A stretch of 64,000 bases of DNA. Source: Halarcobacter sp. (lineage in GTDB: Bacteria; Campylobacterota; Campylobacteria; Campylobacterales; Arcobacteraceae). The stretch spans positions 2,048,001 to 2,112,000 of the forward strand of contig CP182352.1 of the NCBI GenBank assembly GCA_048571215.1. Direction: 5' to 3'. The notes beneath the pieces were generated by a model. It saw nothing but the letters and a program-made list of their open reading frames with translations, searched no databases and was not told the DNA's origin. Position 1 is the stretch's first letter, and each line of letters begins with the position of its first letter. The position numbers and the translations under genes were made by a program. Positions 43,404-53,846 of the stretch are shown one piece after another.

Positions 43404-44848
43404 AAAATAATCTTTTTTATACTAGATAAAACTTGCTTCACTAAACTATCAGAAAGCTCTTGACTATTGGTTTCTACATAACATCTTAATTCTGGAGCAT
43501 TACCTGATGGTCTTAAGTGTATGATATTATCATTATCAAGTGTAATTCTTAATCCATCTATTTGATTTATATCTACTACTTTTTCTTCTATTTTAAACTG
43601 TTTTAATAAAGATTCAGGGGCTGAAGCACCAATTTCAATAAGCTTCATACTATTAACTCTTGGAAACTCTTGTATTCTATCACTTGAAGTAAATCTTTGT
43701 GGTAAGTTTTCTACTAGTTTTGATAAGGTTGTTTGCTCTTTAACTGTATTGCTAGCTAATACAATAAAAGGTAGTAGTGCATCTCTTGTTGGTAAAGCAT
43801 CTAGTATATTTCCATTTTGATTTAAAGTTGAACCTAAAAGAAAACCACCATTTGCTTCAAATCCTGCAAAGGATTTATATGCCTGGGACAAATCACCAGT
43901 TCCAGAAGTTTTTAACTTTTCAAAAGCTTCTATCACATAAGGTGATCCTATTTTAGTTCTAAAAGTTTTTTTAAAAAGATTTGATTTTTCAATAGCTGTA
44001 TTACAACTAACTGGAACTGCTAATGCTTCTATATCTAGAAGATTAGAAGTTAAAAGGCCTACTATATCACCTCTTAGCCAATTACCATTTTCATCTGATA
44101 TTAAAGGTCTATCACCGTCTCCATCTGTTGAGAATATCATATCAAAGCTATATTCTTTTACCCAGTCTTTTGCTCTTTTTTTATCTATATTAGCAACTGC
44201 TTCAGTATCTATTGGAACAAAGTCATCAGATCTACCTAATGAGGTTACATGTGCACCTAAAGATTTAAAAAGATTCGCATATAAATCTCTTCCTGCACTT
44301 GAGTGTTCATAGATACCAATTTTAAGATTGGACAAACATTTATCTCCAAAAAAGTTTGCATATCTATTCATATAGTTTTGTGAAGCTTTATTATTAATTT
44401 TAGGTAGATTACTTTTTACAAGTTTTATTTGCTTTTGATTATTTACAATATCTTTTTCATCAACTTTTAATATTTCTCCAAGGGGGCTATAAAACTTAAT
44501 ACCATTTCTATCATATGGAATATGACTACCTGTTATCATAATAGATGGATTACTTTCACTCATAGCTTGTAATGCAAGAGCAGGTGTTGGTAGTACACCA
44601 TAAAAGTCTACTCCAAATTCACTGTCTTCAATAACACCACATACAAAAGCAGATATATCAGGACTACTTTGACGATTATCCATAGCGACAGATACTTTTT
44701 TAAAATTAAATCTACTTTTCATAGCATCTAGAAAAGATAATGTAAAAGCGGTACAAACTTCTTGTGTAAAATCACTTACTAATCCTCTTGCACCGCTAGT
44801 ACCAAATTTTATACCACTTTGTTCAATAATTTCTTTTATATTTGACAT
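43400..44848 (-). CDS. manB: Phosphomannomutase
   Basis: FGTSGARG, ITGSHIP (phospho-Ser), TDGDGDRP, GFEANGG and RPSGNAPELR. Confidence 0.95.
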   Translation of the reverse strand: MSNIKEIIEQSGIKFGTSGARGLVSDFTQEVCTAFTLSFLDAMKSRFNFKKVSVAMDNRQSSPDISAFVCGVIEDSEFGVDFYGVLPTPALALQAMSESNPSIMITGSHIPYDRNGIKFYSPLGEILKVDEKDIVNNQKQIKLVKSNLPKINNKASQNYMNRYANFFGDKCLSNLKIGIYEHSSAGRDLYANLFKSLGAHVTSLGRSDDFVPIDTEAVANIDKKRAKDWVKEYSFDMIFSTDGDGDRPLISDENGNWLRGDIVGLLTSNLLDIEALAVPVSCNTAIEKSNLFKKTFRTKIGSPYVIEAFEKLKTSGTGDLSQAYKSFAGFEANGGFLLGSTLNQNGNILDALPTRDALLPFIVLASNTVKEQTTLSKLVENLPQRFTSSDRIQEFPRVNSMKLIEIGASAPESLLKQFKIEEKVVDINQIDGLRITLDNDNIIHLRPSGNAPELRCYVETNSQELSDSLVKQVLSSIKKIIL

Positions 44849-44851
44849 ATA

Positions 44852-46231
44852 TTAATTTCTCTTAAAGTCATCATCAAGTCTAACAATATCATCTTCACCT
44901 GTATATTCTCCAACTTGTGCTTCTATTAATACTACTGGTATTTTACCCTCATTTGATAGTCTATGAACTTCTCCCATTTTTATATAAGTACTTTCATTTG
45001 GTCTTACTGTAAAGGTTTTTTCTCCTACTGTTACTGTTGCTGTTCCACTTACTACTATCCAGTGTTCATTTCTATGGAAATGTTTTTGCAAAGACAATCT
45101 TGAGTTTGGTTTTACTTCTATTCTTTTTATTTTATAACCAGGGCTATCTTCTAGTACAGTATATGTTCCCCATGGTCTATGACCTGTTAAATGTATATTA
45201 TGTAGTTCAGAGTTTGATTCTTTTAATTTTTCTACTACTTTTTTTACTTTTTGACTAGAACCTTTTTTTGATACTAAAAGGGCATCTCCTGTATCTACTA
45301 CTATTAAATCTTCTACATCTATTGTAGCTATTGTTCTTTCATCACCATAAACTAAATTATTTGATGAGTCTATTGAGATATGATTAGGGTTTTGTGTATT
45401 ATTGTTTTCATCTTTTGGAAGTTCATCATATAGTGAATCAAAGCTTCCCAAGTCTGACCAATTTATATCAGATGGAATTACTTTTACTTTATTTGATTTT
45501 TCCATTACTGCATAATCAATTGAATCCTCTGGAATATTTATCATATCATCATGGGTAATTCTTAGTTGATTATTTGCTATCTTTTGTTTATTTTCAAAAG
45601 CTATTTTAGAAGTTTCATAGATATTTGAAGAGTATTTTTTTAATTCATCTAAAAATACCCCTGCTTTAAAGCAAAACATTCCAGAGTTCCAGTAATAACT
45701 TTTCTCTTCTAAATATCTTTTTGCAGTATCTAAATCTGGTTTTTCATGGAAAGCTTTTACATCATCTTTATTTTCACTCTCAATATATCCATATCCAATT
45801 TCTGCATATGTTGGAGTTATACCAAAGGTTACTAAATAATTTTCTTGAGCTAATTGTTTTGCTTGTTTTACAACTTTTTCATATTCTATTTCATTTTTTA
45901 TTAGATGATCACTTGGGGTAACTAAAACTAATTCTTCAGGGTCTAGGGCTAAACAAGCCAAAGCTATTGCTGGTGCTGTATTTCTTCCTACTGGTTCTAG
46001 AAGACACAAATTATCATTTTTATTTAATTCAGCTAATTGATCTACTGCTAGAAAATATTGTTCTATATTTGAAACAATTAATTGCTTATCACAAGTTATT
46101 GAATTTCTTTGAACTGTTAATTGGAATAATGATTTATTATCAAACAATTTTACAAACTGTTTTGGCATAAGGCTTCTACTTATTGGCCACAATCTTGTTC
46201 CACTTCCTCCGCATAGGATTAGGTTTGTCAT
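44852..46231 (-). CDS. manC: Mannose-1-phosphate guanylyltransferase / mannose-6-phosphate isomerase
   Basis: LCGGSGTRLWPISR, EPVGRNTAPAI, SIDYAVME, WSDLGS and a C-terminal cupin (RPWG...LQKHFHRNEHW). Confidence 0.96.
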   Translation of the reverse strand: MTNLILCGGSGTRLWPISRSLMPKQFVKLFDNKSLFQLTVQRNSITCDKQLIVSNIEQYFLAVDQLAELNKNDNLCLLEPVGRNTAPAIALACLALDPEELVLVTPSDHLIKNEIEYEKVVKQAKQLAQENYLVTFGITPTYAEIGYGYIESENKDDVKAFHEKPDLDTAKRYLEEKSYYWNSGMFCFKAGVFLDELKKYSSNIYETSKIAFENKQKIANNQLRITHDDMINIPEDSIDYAVMEKSNKVKVIPSDINWSDLGSFDSLYDELPKDENNNTQNPNHISIDSSNNLVYGDERTIATIDVEDLIVVDTGDALLVSKKGSSQKVKKVVEKLKESNSELHNIHLTGHRPWGTYTVLEDSPGYKIKRIEVKPNSRLSLQKHFHRNEHWIVVSGTATVTVGEKTFTVRPNESTYIKMGEVHRLSNEGKIPVVLIEAQVGEYTGEDDIVRLDDDFKRN

Positions 46232-46244
46232 CTTTTATTTCCTT

Positions 46245-47474
46245 TTAACTATCACTATTAAAAATATCTCTAGTAAAGATTTTATCTTTTACATCTCGGA
46301 TATTATCACTTAATCTATTTGTAACTATTACATCTGAAATAGATTTAAATTTATCTAAGTCTTTTATTACTCTTGAGTTAAAAAATTCATCATCTTTTAA
46401 ATTTGGCTCATAAACTACTACTTCTATACCTTTTGCTTTTATTCTTTTCATTATACCTTGAATGGCAGAACTTCTAAAGTTATCAGAACCTTCTTTCATT
46501 ACAAGCCTGTGAATTCCTACAATTTTTTTAGTTTTTACATTATCTGTCATTTTAAAATTTAATTTTTCGATAATTGATTTAGCAATAAAATCTTTTCTAG
46601 TATTATTTGCATTTACTATTGCTTCTATCATATTTGATGGTACATCTTCATAGTTAGCTAAAAGTTGTTTTGTATCTTTTGGTAAACAATAACCACCATA
46701 TCCAAAGCTTGGATTATTGTAATGCATTCCTATTCTAGGATCCAATCCAACACCTTTTATAATTTGTTCTGTATTTAAGTTGTGAGATTGTGCGTATGAG
46801 TCTAACTCATTGAAATATGCTACTCTCATTGCTAGATATGTATTAGCAAACAATTTTATAGCTTCCGCTTCAGTAGAATCAGTAAATAAAATATCTATAT
46901 TTTTTTTGATAGCACCTTGAGCTAATAAACTTGCAAATACATTTGCTCTTTTTGATTGTTCACCAACTATTATTCTACTTGGATATAGATTATCATAAAG
47001 TGCTTTTCCTTCTCTTAAAAACTCAGGAGAGAATATAATATTTTCAGTGTTAAATTTGTCTCTTATAGTTTTTGTATATCCTACTGGAATTGTTGATTTT
47101 ATCACCATAGTTGTATTTGGATTTATCTGCAATACATCTTGCACTACATACTCTATACTTTTTGTATTAAAGTAGTTTGTTTCAGGGTCATAATCAGTTG
47201 GGGTTGAAATAATTACAAAATCAGCATTTTCATAAGCTTCTTTTTTATCTAATGTTGCTCTAAAGTTTATATCATCTCTTATTAAGTATTTTTCTATCTC
47301 TTTATCTTCTATAGGAGATACTTTTTTATTAATTAGTTCTACTTTTTCTGGAATAATATCTAATGCTACCACTTCATTATTTTGTGCCAAAAGCAAGCCA
47401 TTTGATAACCCTACATATCCTGTTCCCGCAATTGCTATTTTATACGAATTATTCTCTAACATTTTATCTTTCAT
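46245..47474 (-). CDS. ugd: UDP-glucose 6-dehydrogenase
   Basis: [27 protein letters not shown] and FTRDIF. The start may be 47462. Confidence 0.95.
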   Translation of the reverse strand: MKDKMLENNSYKIAIAGTGYVGLSNGLLLAQNNEVVALDIIPEKVELINKKVSPIEDKEIEKYLIRDDINFRATLDKKEAYENADFVIISTPTDYDPETNYFNTKSIEYVVQDVLQINPNTTMVIKSTIPVGYTKTIRDKFNTENIIFSPEFLREGKALYDNLYPSRIIVGEQSKRANVFASLLAQGAIKKNIDILFTDSTEAEAIKLFANTYLAMRVAYFNELDSYAQSHNLNTEQIIKGVGLDPRIGMHYNNPSFGYGGYCLPKDTKQLLANYEDVPSNMIEAIVNANNTRKDFIAKSIIEKLNFKMTDNVKTKKIVGIHRLVMKEGSDNFRSSAIQGIMKRIKAKGIEVVVYEPNLKDDEFFNSRVIKDLDKFKSISDVIVTNRLSDNIRDVKDKIFTRDIFNSDS

Positions 47475-47506
47475 TCTTAGTTATTATGTTTTAATTAAAG
47501 TGAAGG

Positions 47507-47515
47507 ATTATAACA
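47507..47515 (-). promoter_or_regulatory. Extended -10 sigma70 promoter for the ugd-manC-...-GT operon
   Basis: TGTTATAAT on the minus strand, ~33 nt upstream of ugd and downstream of a terminator hairpin. Confidence 0.7.
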
Positions 47516-47583
47516 AATTTTTTTATAAAATATCCTTATAACAGAAAGTGTATTGATGAGTTTAAATTAATGTGATAATTTGA

Positions 47584-47616
47584 TGATAAATAAGAAGAAA
47601 ATCTTCTTATTTATTA
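47584..47616 (-). terminator. Terminator-like hairpin ending the export operon
   Basis: TGATAAATAAGAAGA-AAA-TCTTCTTATTTATTA, overlapping the stop codon of the Ala/Thr-rich gene. Confidence 0.7.
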
Positions 47617-48042
47617 GTGATGTGAGTGAGTTGTAGTTGATCCACCTGAAGCACCTATTGCTACTGCTGTTAAAACAGCTGCTGCTGCTGCAGTTAATGT
47701 ACCAGTAGAAATAGCTGCTGTAGCTGCTGCTACACTAACACCTTGTGCTTCAAGTGCTGCTGCAACTTGTGGATTGTTTGTCATAATAGTAACTATTTTA
47801 GAGATATTAGCTGCTTGAGTTGCTGTAACTGTTGTACCAGCTTCTGCCCCAACTACATCTAAACCACTTGCTTTTAGTTCTCCAACTAAACCTTGAACTT
47901 GACTTAACTCTTCAGCTGTTAGCTTTGCAATATTTTGTTTAACAATTGTAGCCGCTTGTGCTGCTGTAACTGCCTCTGCAAATACAGAAGTTGTTAAAAG
48001 TGTAACCACTGATAATGACGCGATAAATTTTGAAAATTTCAT
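47614..48042 (-). CDS. Secreted Ala/Thr-rich small protein, GfcA/YjbE-like
   Basis: Signal peptide MKFSKFIASLSVVTLLTTSVFA, C-terminal hydrophobic Ala stretch then GGSTTTHSHH. Adjacent to the YjbH-like gene. Confidence 0.65.
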   Translation of the reverse strand: MKFSKFIASLSVVTLLTTSVFAEAVTAAQAATIVKQNIAKLTAEELSQVQGLVGELKASGLDVVGAEAGTTVTATQAANISKIVTIMTNNPQVAAALEAQGVSVAAATAAISTGTLTAAAAAVLTAVAIGASGGSTTTHSHH

Positions 48043-48103
48043 ACTCAATTCCCTTTAGTGTTTTTATTTTGTAATATTATACCTAATTTTTTTTTAAATC
48101 TAA

Positions 48104-50224
48104 CTAATCTTTTAATTTTTCTATATATTTTTTCATTATTTGAGTATTGTTTTCATTACTATTTAACTTATATAACTCATATGAACTTCCTGCATATTGC
48201 CCCACATCTCTAGTCCATGGGCTTATTCCATAATCTAAAATTCCTTTTAAATTTTTATATGTAAAAACCTCTAAAGGTACCTTTAGATATATCCCTTTGT
48301 CTATGTAACCTTTGTTCTGAGAATTTGTAAATACTTCATTTGAGTTGGTAAATGTTGTAAATGCACCAAGAGTGAAGTTCTTATAACTTCTTGTAATATC
48401 TACTCGCACACCTCTATCTCCAGCTAAAAACTCTCCATACTTTAATCCTAAAAAGATATTGTATTTAGGAGAGATTAAAAAAGAGGCATTTATAAATTTG
48501 GCATCATAAGTATTATCATTATAAACTTCAAAAAGGTTATCCACAACTCTTTTTTTCATCTTTTGGTATTGTAAACCTAAGCTAACTCTTTCATCAAAAA
48601 AGCTTTTCGCAACTTCTAAATCAATACCTGCAAAAGCATAATCAAAATATCCTAATTCGATTTTTCCTAAAGAATTGAAAGGAAGATTTCGTACATAAGT
48701 TAAAGTTAGTTTTTCTAACTGGGTATCATCATATTTAAAATAGTCAATCATACCAGATCTTATAGATAATCTATCATTTGTTTCTAAAGATGAACTTGGA
48801 ATTTCATCTATGTTATTATAAATTGGCTGTTCTAGGTTCCCATTTATATAAAATCCATTTCCGAGATCCACATCAACTTTTGCTTGAACTGATACTTTCA
48901 TAGCAAGAGGTTTGTCTGGACTATTTAAATATGTTTTAAACTTAGGACCAACATAATATTCAAATCTATGAAAACCATTTTTTTCTGTCTTATAAACCTT
49001 TTTGCCTTCACTAAACTCTTCATGTAACTTTTCACTGTTATTATCTATAACAATAGCCTTTTTCATATAGCTATTACTTAATTTATAGTTTTCAAATAGA
49101 TTGAACTCTTTTCTATTAACTTTGATAGTTTTTAGTTTGGCATTTTTGTCTTTTAAGGTCATATAAATAGTTTCATAGTTTTCAGGAGCAACTTCATCTA
49201 TCGTTGATATAGCTCGTCCTAAAGCTTGTAAATCATTGTTATATCTACTATTATCTATCTCAGCCCAAATTTTGTTTTTATATACAGAAGTTTGAACATC
49301 TCTAAAATTTTCTGCTGCTACTTCATTTGCTAATTTATCACTTAGCTCTTTTTCACTTAAGTTTTTATACTCTTCTTTCTTTTTAAAGTCAGCTTTCCAT
49401 TTTGGATCAGGTGTATGTTCAAAAGCGCCTGTCCTATCAAAACCAAATTGATAGTTATATCCAAAAGAAAAAGTATTCCCCCTCTGATAAGATAAAGTTA
49501 AACTAGAGTTATCAGATACCTTATATTTTGCACCAAAGTTAAAATTTGAATCTGGTAATTCATACTTATCTCCACTAGTAAAAGGATTAACTTTGTCTTT
49601 TTTATAATCAATCGATGAATACTCTGCCATAATAGACAAATCAGGTGTAGCATGGAAAACTACACTTCCAAAAGGTTTTCCACCCATAAGGTCAGTATCT
49701 TTCATAAAGTTAAAAGCACTGTTACTACTACTGCCAGAATTAGAACCAGATTTTGAAACTATTTTTTCACCTCCTAGTCTTCCTTTAGCATAACCTATAG
49801 TAAAATCAAAATATGAGATAGTCTTTGAAGCCACTAAGTATTTTGAAGTATATAAAGCTGTTCCCCAGATATCATCTCCACCTATTGCAATAGCTGGTAA
49901 TATATCTGTTTCTTCATTTAATAATAACTTTACATTGAGTGCTTTATCTTTATAGTCTCCATACCCTGATGAGTTTGCAAAACCTGCTACTCCATCAAGT
50001 TGAGTCACATGAAAATTAGCTTCCAAAAAAGGTAATGGTGTTCCACCAAATCCATAATAAGTATATGGTTTGTCCATATTGAAAAAAACTCTCATGTGCC
50101 AGTCAGGCATTATCCTAGCATTTGGTGTTTCTAATACTCCTGTATTACCATTATATGAAGGTAAGTCATCTGATGCAAAAAGCGTACAAATTACTAAAAT
50201 AAATAAACTAAGCTTTTGCTTCAT
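48104..50224 (-). CDS. YjbH/GfcD-family outer-membrane polysaccharide export protein
   Basis: NGNTGVLETPNAR, YKDKALNVKL, GEFLAGDRG, DKGIYLKVPL and PWTRDVGQ. 706 aa with a signal peptide. Confidence 0.88.
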   Translation of the reverse strand: MKQKLSLFILVICTLFASDDLPSYNGNTGVLETPNARIMPDWHMRVFFNMDKPYTYYGFGGTPLPFLEANFHVTQLDGVAGFANSSGYGDYKDKALNVKLLLNEETDILPAIAIGGDDIWGTALYTSKYLVASKTISYFDFTIGYAKGRLGGEKIVSKSGSNSGSSSNSAFNFMKDTDLMGGKPFGSVVFHATPDLSIMAEYSSIDYKKDKVNPFTSGDKYELPDSNFNFGAKYKVSDNSSLTLSYQRGNTFSFGYNYQFGFDRTGAFEHTPDPKWKADFKKKEEYKNLSEKELSDKLANEVAAENFRDVQTSVYKNKIWAEIDNSRYNNDLQALGRAISTIDEVAPENYETIYMTLKDKNAKLKTIKVNRKEFNLFENYKLSNSYMKKAIVIDNNSEKLHEEFSEGKKVYKTEKNGFHRFEYYVGPKFKTYLNSPDKPLAMKVSVQAKVDVDLGNGFYINGNLEQPIYNNIDEIPSSSLETNDRLSIRSGMIDYFKYDDTQLEKLTLTYVRNLPFNSLGKIELGYFDYAFAGIDLEVAKSFFDERVSLGLQYQKMKKRVVDNLFEVYNDNTYDAKFINASFLISPKYNIFLGLKYGEFLAGDRGVRVDITRSYKNFTLGAFTTFTNSNEVFTNSQNKGYIDKGIYLKVPLEVFTYKNLKGILDYGISPWTRDVGQYAGSSYELYKLNSNENNTQIMKKYIEKLKD

Positions 50225-51146
50225 CTTTATCCTGTCTTATAAATTCATAAAAGAAAACTAAAAATATAGCTAAAATAAAAGATGTTACAAATGACACAAC
50301 TAAAATTAGTCCTCTTTTTGGTTTGGTTTTCTCTTTTATATTTGCCACTCTACTATCTGTAATCTTACTTACAAAGTAGTAATCATTTGCCAAAGAAAAA
50401 ACCTTTTTTTGCATAAGTGAAGATAAAGACTTACTTAACTGCTCTTTTAGTGATACATCATAGGTATTTGCTAATTCTTTGTTATAGTAGATAATTTGTT
50501 TATCTATCTCTTTCATATCTTGCTGTTTTATTTTTTCTATACTTTCATTTAGATAGATGTCTACTAACTGCTTTGCTAAAACTCTATCATTTAGCTCAGC
50601 ACTTAAGGTTATAAGTGAACTTTTTTTATCACTACTTACTGATATTATCTTTTTGAGTTTTAAATATGTATTGAAAATAGTTTGTTCATCACTTTTATCT
50701 TCCAACTCTTTTGCATCTGGTTTAAAAAAATCAAAACCAAAAGCATAGACTAAATTTTTTTGATTTGCTAACTTTTTTGCCAAATCATATTTTTTTATAA
50801 CATAAGAATTAAATTCATAATCTTTTATCATAGTTTGTATCATTACAAAAGGATCTTTTACACTACCTCCACCACCTAATGATATACCAGCAAATGAAGC
50901 TAATGTAGACAATCCACCACCAACTTTATTATTATCACTGCTTTGAGGAGCTAAGATAACTTCTGATTTATACGAATTAGGTATAGACAATACATACCAT
51001 AAAGTACAAAAAGAAACAAGAAACACAAAAATAACAATCTTATACTTGTACTTCAAAATAGTTAGAAACAACTCTTTTAAATCTATCTCATCCTCTTGAA
51101 TTTGATTATGATTTATAGTTTCATCATTTTTTATTAATTCAGACAT
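50208..51146 (-). CDS. wzz: Polysaccharide chain-length determinant Wzz
   Basis: EDEIDLKEL, TM1, LSTLASFAGISLG, and KPKRGLILVV before TM2. Confidence 0.9.
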   Translation of the reverse strand: MSELIKNDETINHNQIQEDEIDLKELFLTILKYKYKIVIFVFLVSFCTLWYVLSIPNSYKSEVILAPQSSDNNKVGGGLSTLASFAGISLGGGGSVKDPFVMIQTMIKDYEFNSYVIKKYDLAKKLANQKNLVYAFGFDFFKPDAKELEDKSDEQTIFNTYLKLKKIISVSSDKKSSLITLSAELNDRVLAKQLVDIYLNESIEKIKQQDMKEIDKQIIYYNKELANTYDVSLKEQLSKSLSSLMQKKVFSLANDYYFVSKITDSRVANIKEKTKPKRGLILVVSFVTSFILAIFLVFFYEFIRQDKDEAKA

Positions 51147-53776
51147 TATAAACTTCCTAGAGTCTTAAGTGATGCTGCTGTTACTGCTATTTGGTATACT
51201 ATTTGCGTAACATCTTTTGCAAAGGCAACATCTGACATAGTATCAAGTTTTACAGGTACTACTATAGTATCTCCTTTGAAGATATCAACACTGTTTTGCC
51301 AAAAGAAGTTTTTCTCGTATTTTACAGCTTCACCATTTGCTTTTACCACATAGATAAACTCATCATCAGCACCAGTTTTTAGTCCACCAGCTTTTGATAT
51401 ATAATCATCTATATCAAGTTTATCATCATATACAAAGGTATTTTGATTTAGTACTTCTCCAACTACTGATACTGTATCATTTATAGACGGTACACTCAAT
51501 ACATCTCCATCTTTTAAGATAATATCATAATTGCTATCTTGGAACCTATTCAAATCATAATAAAGATTTAAAGATACTCTACCTATAGGTCTATTTGCTG
51601 CTGCTTGTTTTTCTAAAGCATTTAAAGTTGCAAGCATTTTTGCTTTATCACCACTATTTTCACCTACTTTATCGGCAGTTAGATTTTCTGAAAACATTTG
51701 CATCTTTAATCTATCTATAGACTCATCAAGTCTCTTTTGCTGCAACTCTTGAACCTCAACTCTTGTAAATACTGCTCCTTCTATAAAAGCATTTGGCAAG
51801 AAACCACCAGCTCTTTGAAGTACACTTGATAGTTTTTCACCATCAACTATAGGGTATTTGCCAGGGAATCTAACTAAACCTTTTAGCTCCACATACATCT
51901 TATCATTCCAATTTACAATTGGGAAAATAGTAATCTCATCATCAGGATGTACTTCAAAATCCATAGCAACTGGATTGTCTAGATTCATAGATAATATTTC
52001 TCTTGTTCTTTCATTTGAATGAACTGTGTACCGTACAATTTCAAACTTTGATTTTAAAGCTTTTTTAGTTAAACCACCAGCTAAGTCTATCATGTCTTTG
52101 ATTTTTACATTATTCGTTATATAATAACTACCAGGGATAAATACTTCACCTTTTATTGTAGCTTTTTCTATTTCATTAACTTTAGAGTATTCAAAAAATG
52201 TTATTTCATCAAATGGTTTTAAACTAAAGCTATTCATCTCTTTTTTTTCAACTAAAATTGTCTGTTTTTTATTATTTTGAATTCTATTAATTTGAATTTT
52301 AGATTTATCTACTCTTATAGAAACTCTACCTTGATCATTTTCTTTTTCAGTTTTAAACTTTACAAAATCAAATAAATCTTTTGCTTTCATTCCATCATAA
52401 AAATCATATTTTCTTTTTATATTATCTACTATCTCACCATTTACATAAAGATAAGGTTTATCTTGCAATTCTTCTTTTTTATAAATAATTATTTTATCTC
52501 TATTATTCAAAGAAATATCTTCTTTACCATCTAATACTTTTTTTAAATTAAAACTTTTTATATTATTATCATTTATTACAACTGCATACTTATAGTTTGT
52601 GTCAAGTTTAAAATAACCTTTTTTACCAAATTTTTTTAATTCGTCTTGTAAAAGAGTTGAAAGTTTTTTATCTTTTGGTATCTCTTTTTCTCCTATTGCA
52701 ACTACATTACCTTTGATTTCAACAAACTTTGCATTTAAATCACTTGTACTATATACATAAATTTCATCCCCATTTTTAGGTTTCATTTTATAAAGTTCAT
52801 TACTTGTAACTGTATAAACCTTTACACTATTATTTTCAAATCTTTTAAGTTTGATAGCATTTTTATTTGCGCTTGCTTTAAAGCCTGAAGCAAAATCTAT
52901 CAAATCACTAAATCTTTCACTATTTTTTAATTCAAATATTGCATTGAAGTTTACACCACCTGTTAGTTTTATCTCTTTATTTATAGGTTTTACTAAAATC
53001 ACATCACCATTTTGAAGTATCTTATCACTATTTGTATCACCATATCTAACTAAGGAATACAAATCAAAAGTGCTTATTGTTTTACCACCTCGTTTTAGTA
53101 GTATATTTCTATATGAACCATTTTCTAGTATGCCACCACTTGAGATAAGTGCATCTTTTATAGTAGAAAATGAAGATAGATTTATAATCCCTGGGTTTGA
53201 CACAAGACCAGAAACAGTAACTTGGATAGAGGTAAACTCTGTCATATCTACTAAAATATTTGTACTATTTGGATAAGCTTTTTTTGTTTCTGCAAGAATC
53301 AACTCTTTTGTATCAGAAAAATTCAGTCCAATAACTTTTTTTTCTCCAACTTGAGGAAGTGTTATATTACCATTTTTATCTACTTGTAATACAAAGTTTT
53401 CATTTGTAGCCCCATATATAGTTAGGGTCATTTTATCCCCAAAATTTAGTTTATAGTTTGAGGGAGTAGGGATAGAGTAAGGGTTTATTTTATTTTTATT
53501 ATTAAAAAAATGTGAAGCGTATCTTTTTATATCTTTTGAGGTTTTATCTTTGTTATTTGCTAGTTTGAAAAGATTGTTAGCTTTATCATCTATATTATTT
53601 TCAACTTTTTGTTCAGCTGGGACTTTTTCTACTTTTTGTTCTGTTTTAGATATCTGTTCATTTATCTGACTTTCACTTATACCAGCAGCTTTTGCCATAT
53701 CCAACTGTTCTTGACTTAAACTTACTGAAAACAGTAAGGTTAGAGAGATTAATAATAAAGAGACTACTCTTATCAT
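51146..53776 (-). CDS. Large SLBB-repeat polysaccharide export protein (Wza/KpsD/OtnA-like)
   Basis: Signal peptide, Poly_export domain (YKLNFGD...GNITLPQVG), several SLBB repeats (GEVFIPG, GLVRFPG, GEVLNQ) and a C-terminal TQIVYQIAVTAA. Confidence 0.9.
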   Translation of the reverse strand: MIRVVSLLLISLTLLFSVSLSQEQLDMAKAAGISESQINEQISKTEQKVEKVPAEQKVENNIDDKANNLFKLANNKDKTSKDIKRYASHFFNNKNKINPYSIPTPSNYKLNFGDKMTLTIYGATNENFVLQVDKNGNITLPQVGEKKVIGLNFSDTKELILAETKKAYPNSTNILVDMTEFTSIQVTVSGLVSNPGIINLSSFSTIKDALISSGGILENGSYRNILLKRGGKTISTFDLYSLVRYGDTNSDKILQNGDVILVKPINKEIKLTGGVNFNAIFELKNSERFSDLIDFASGFKASANKNAIKLKRFENNSVKVYTVTSNELYKMKPKNGDEIYVYSTSDLNAKFVEIKGNVVAIGEKEIPKDKKLSTLLQDELKKFGKKGYFKLDTNYKYAVVINDNNIKSFNLKKVLDGKEDISLNNRDKIIIYKKEELQDKPYLYVNGEIVDNIKRKYDFYDGMKAKDLFDFVKFKTEKENDQGRVSIRVDKSKIQINRIQNNKKQTILVEKKEMNSFSLKPFDEITFFEYSKVNEIEKATIKGEVFIPGSYYITNNVKIKDMIDLAGGLTKKALKSKFEIVRYTVHSNERTREILSMNLDNPVAMDFEVHPDDEITIFPIVNWNDKMYVELKGLVRFPGKYPIVDGEKLSSVLQRAGGFLPNAFIEGAVFTRVEVQELQQKRLDESIDRLKMQMFSENLTADKVGENSGDKAKMLATLNALEKQAAANRPIGRVSLNLYYDLNRFQDSNYDIILKDGDVLSVPSINDTVSVVGEVLNQNTFVYDDKLDIDDYISKAGGLKTGADDEFIYVVKANGEAVKYEKNFFWQNSVDIFKGDTIVVPVKLDTMSDVAFAKDVTQIVYQIAVTAASLKTLGSL

Positions 53777-53846
53777 ATAAACACCTTTTAATAGTTTTTA
53801 AAATGCTAAGATTTTATCTAAATAATAATAAATATTTTATAAGTTA

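Noticed and set aside
46525..47497. Possible additional heptamer arrays in ugd ([14 protein letters not shown] loop and N-terminal/leader region)
   Set aside because: Too degenerate and AT-rich to distinguish from background by eye. Needs a statistical test.
53777..53846. JUMPstart/ops element upstream of the polysaccharide export operon
   Set aside because: No GGCGGTAG-like sequence is present, only an AT-rich promoter candidate (TAAAAT) and an RBS.
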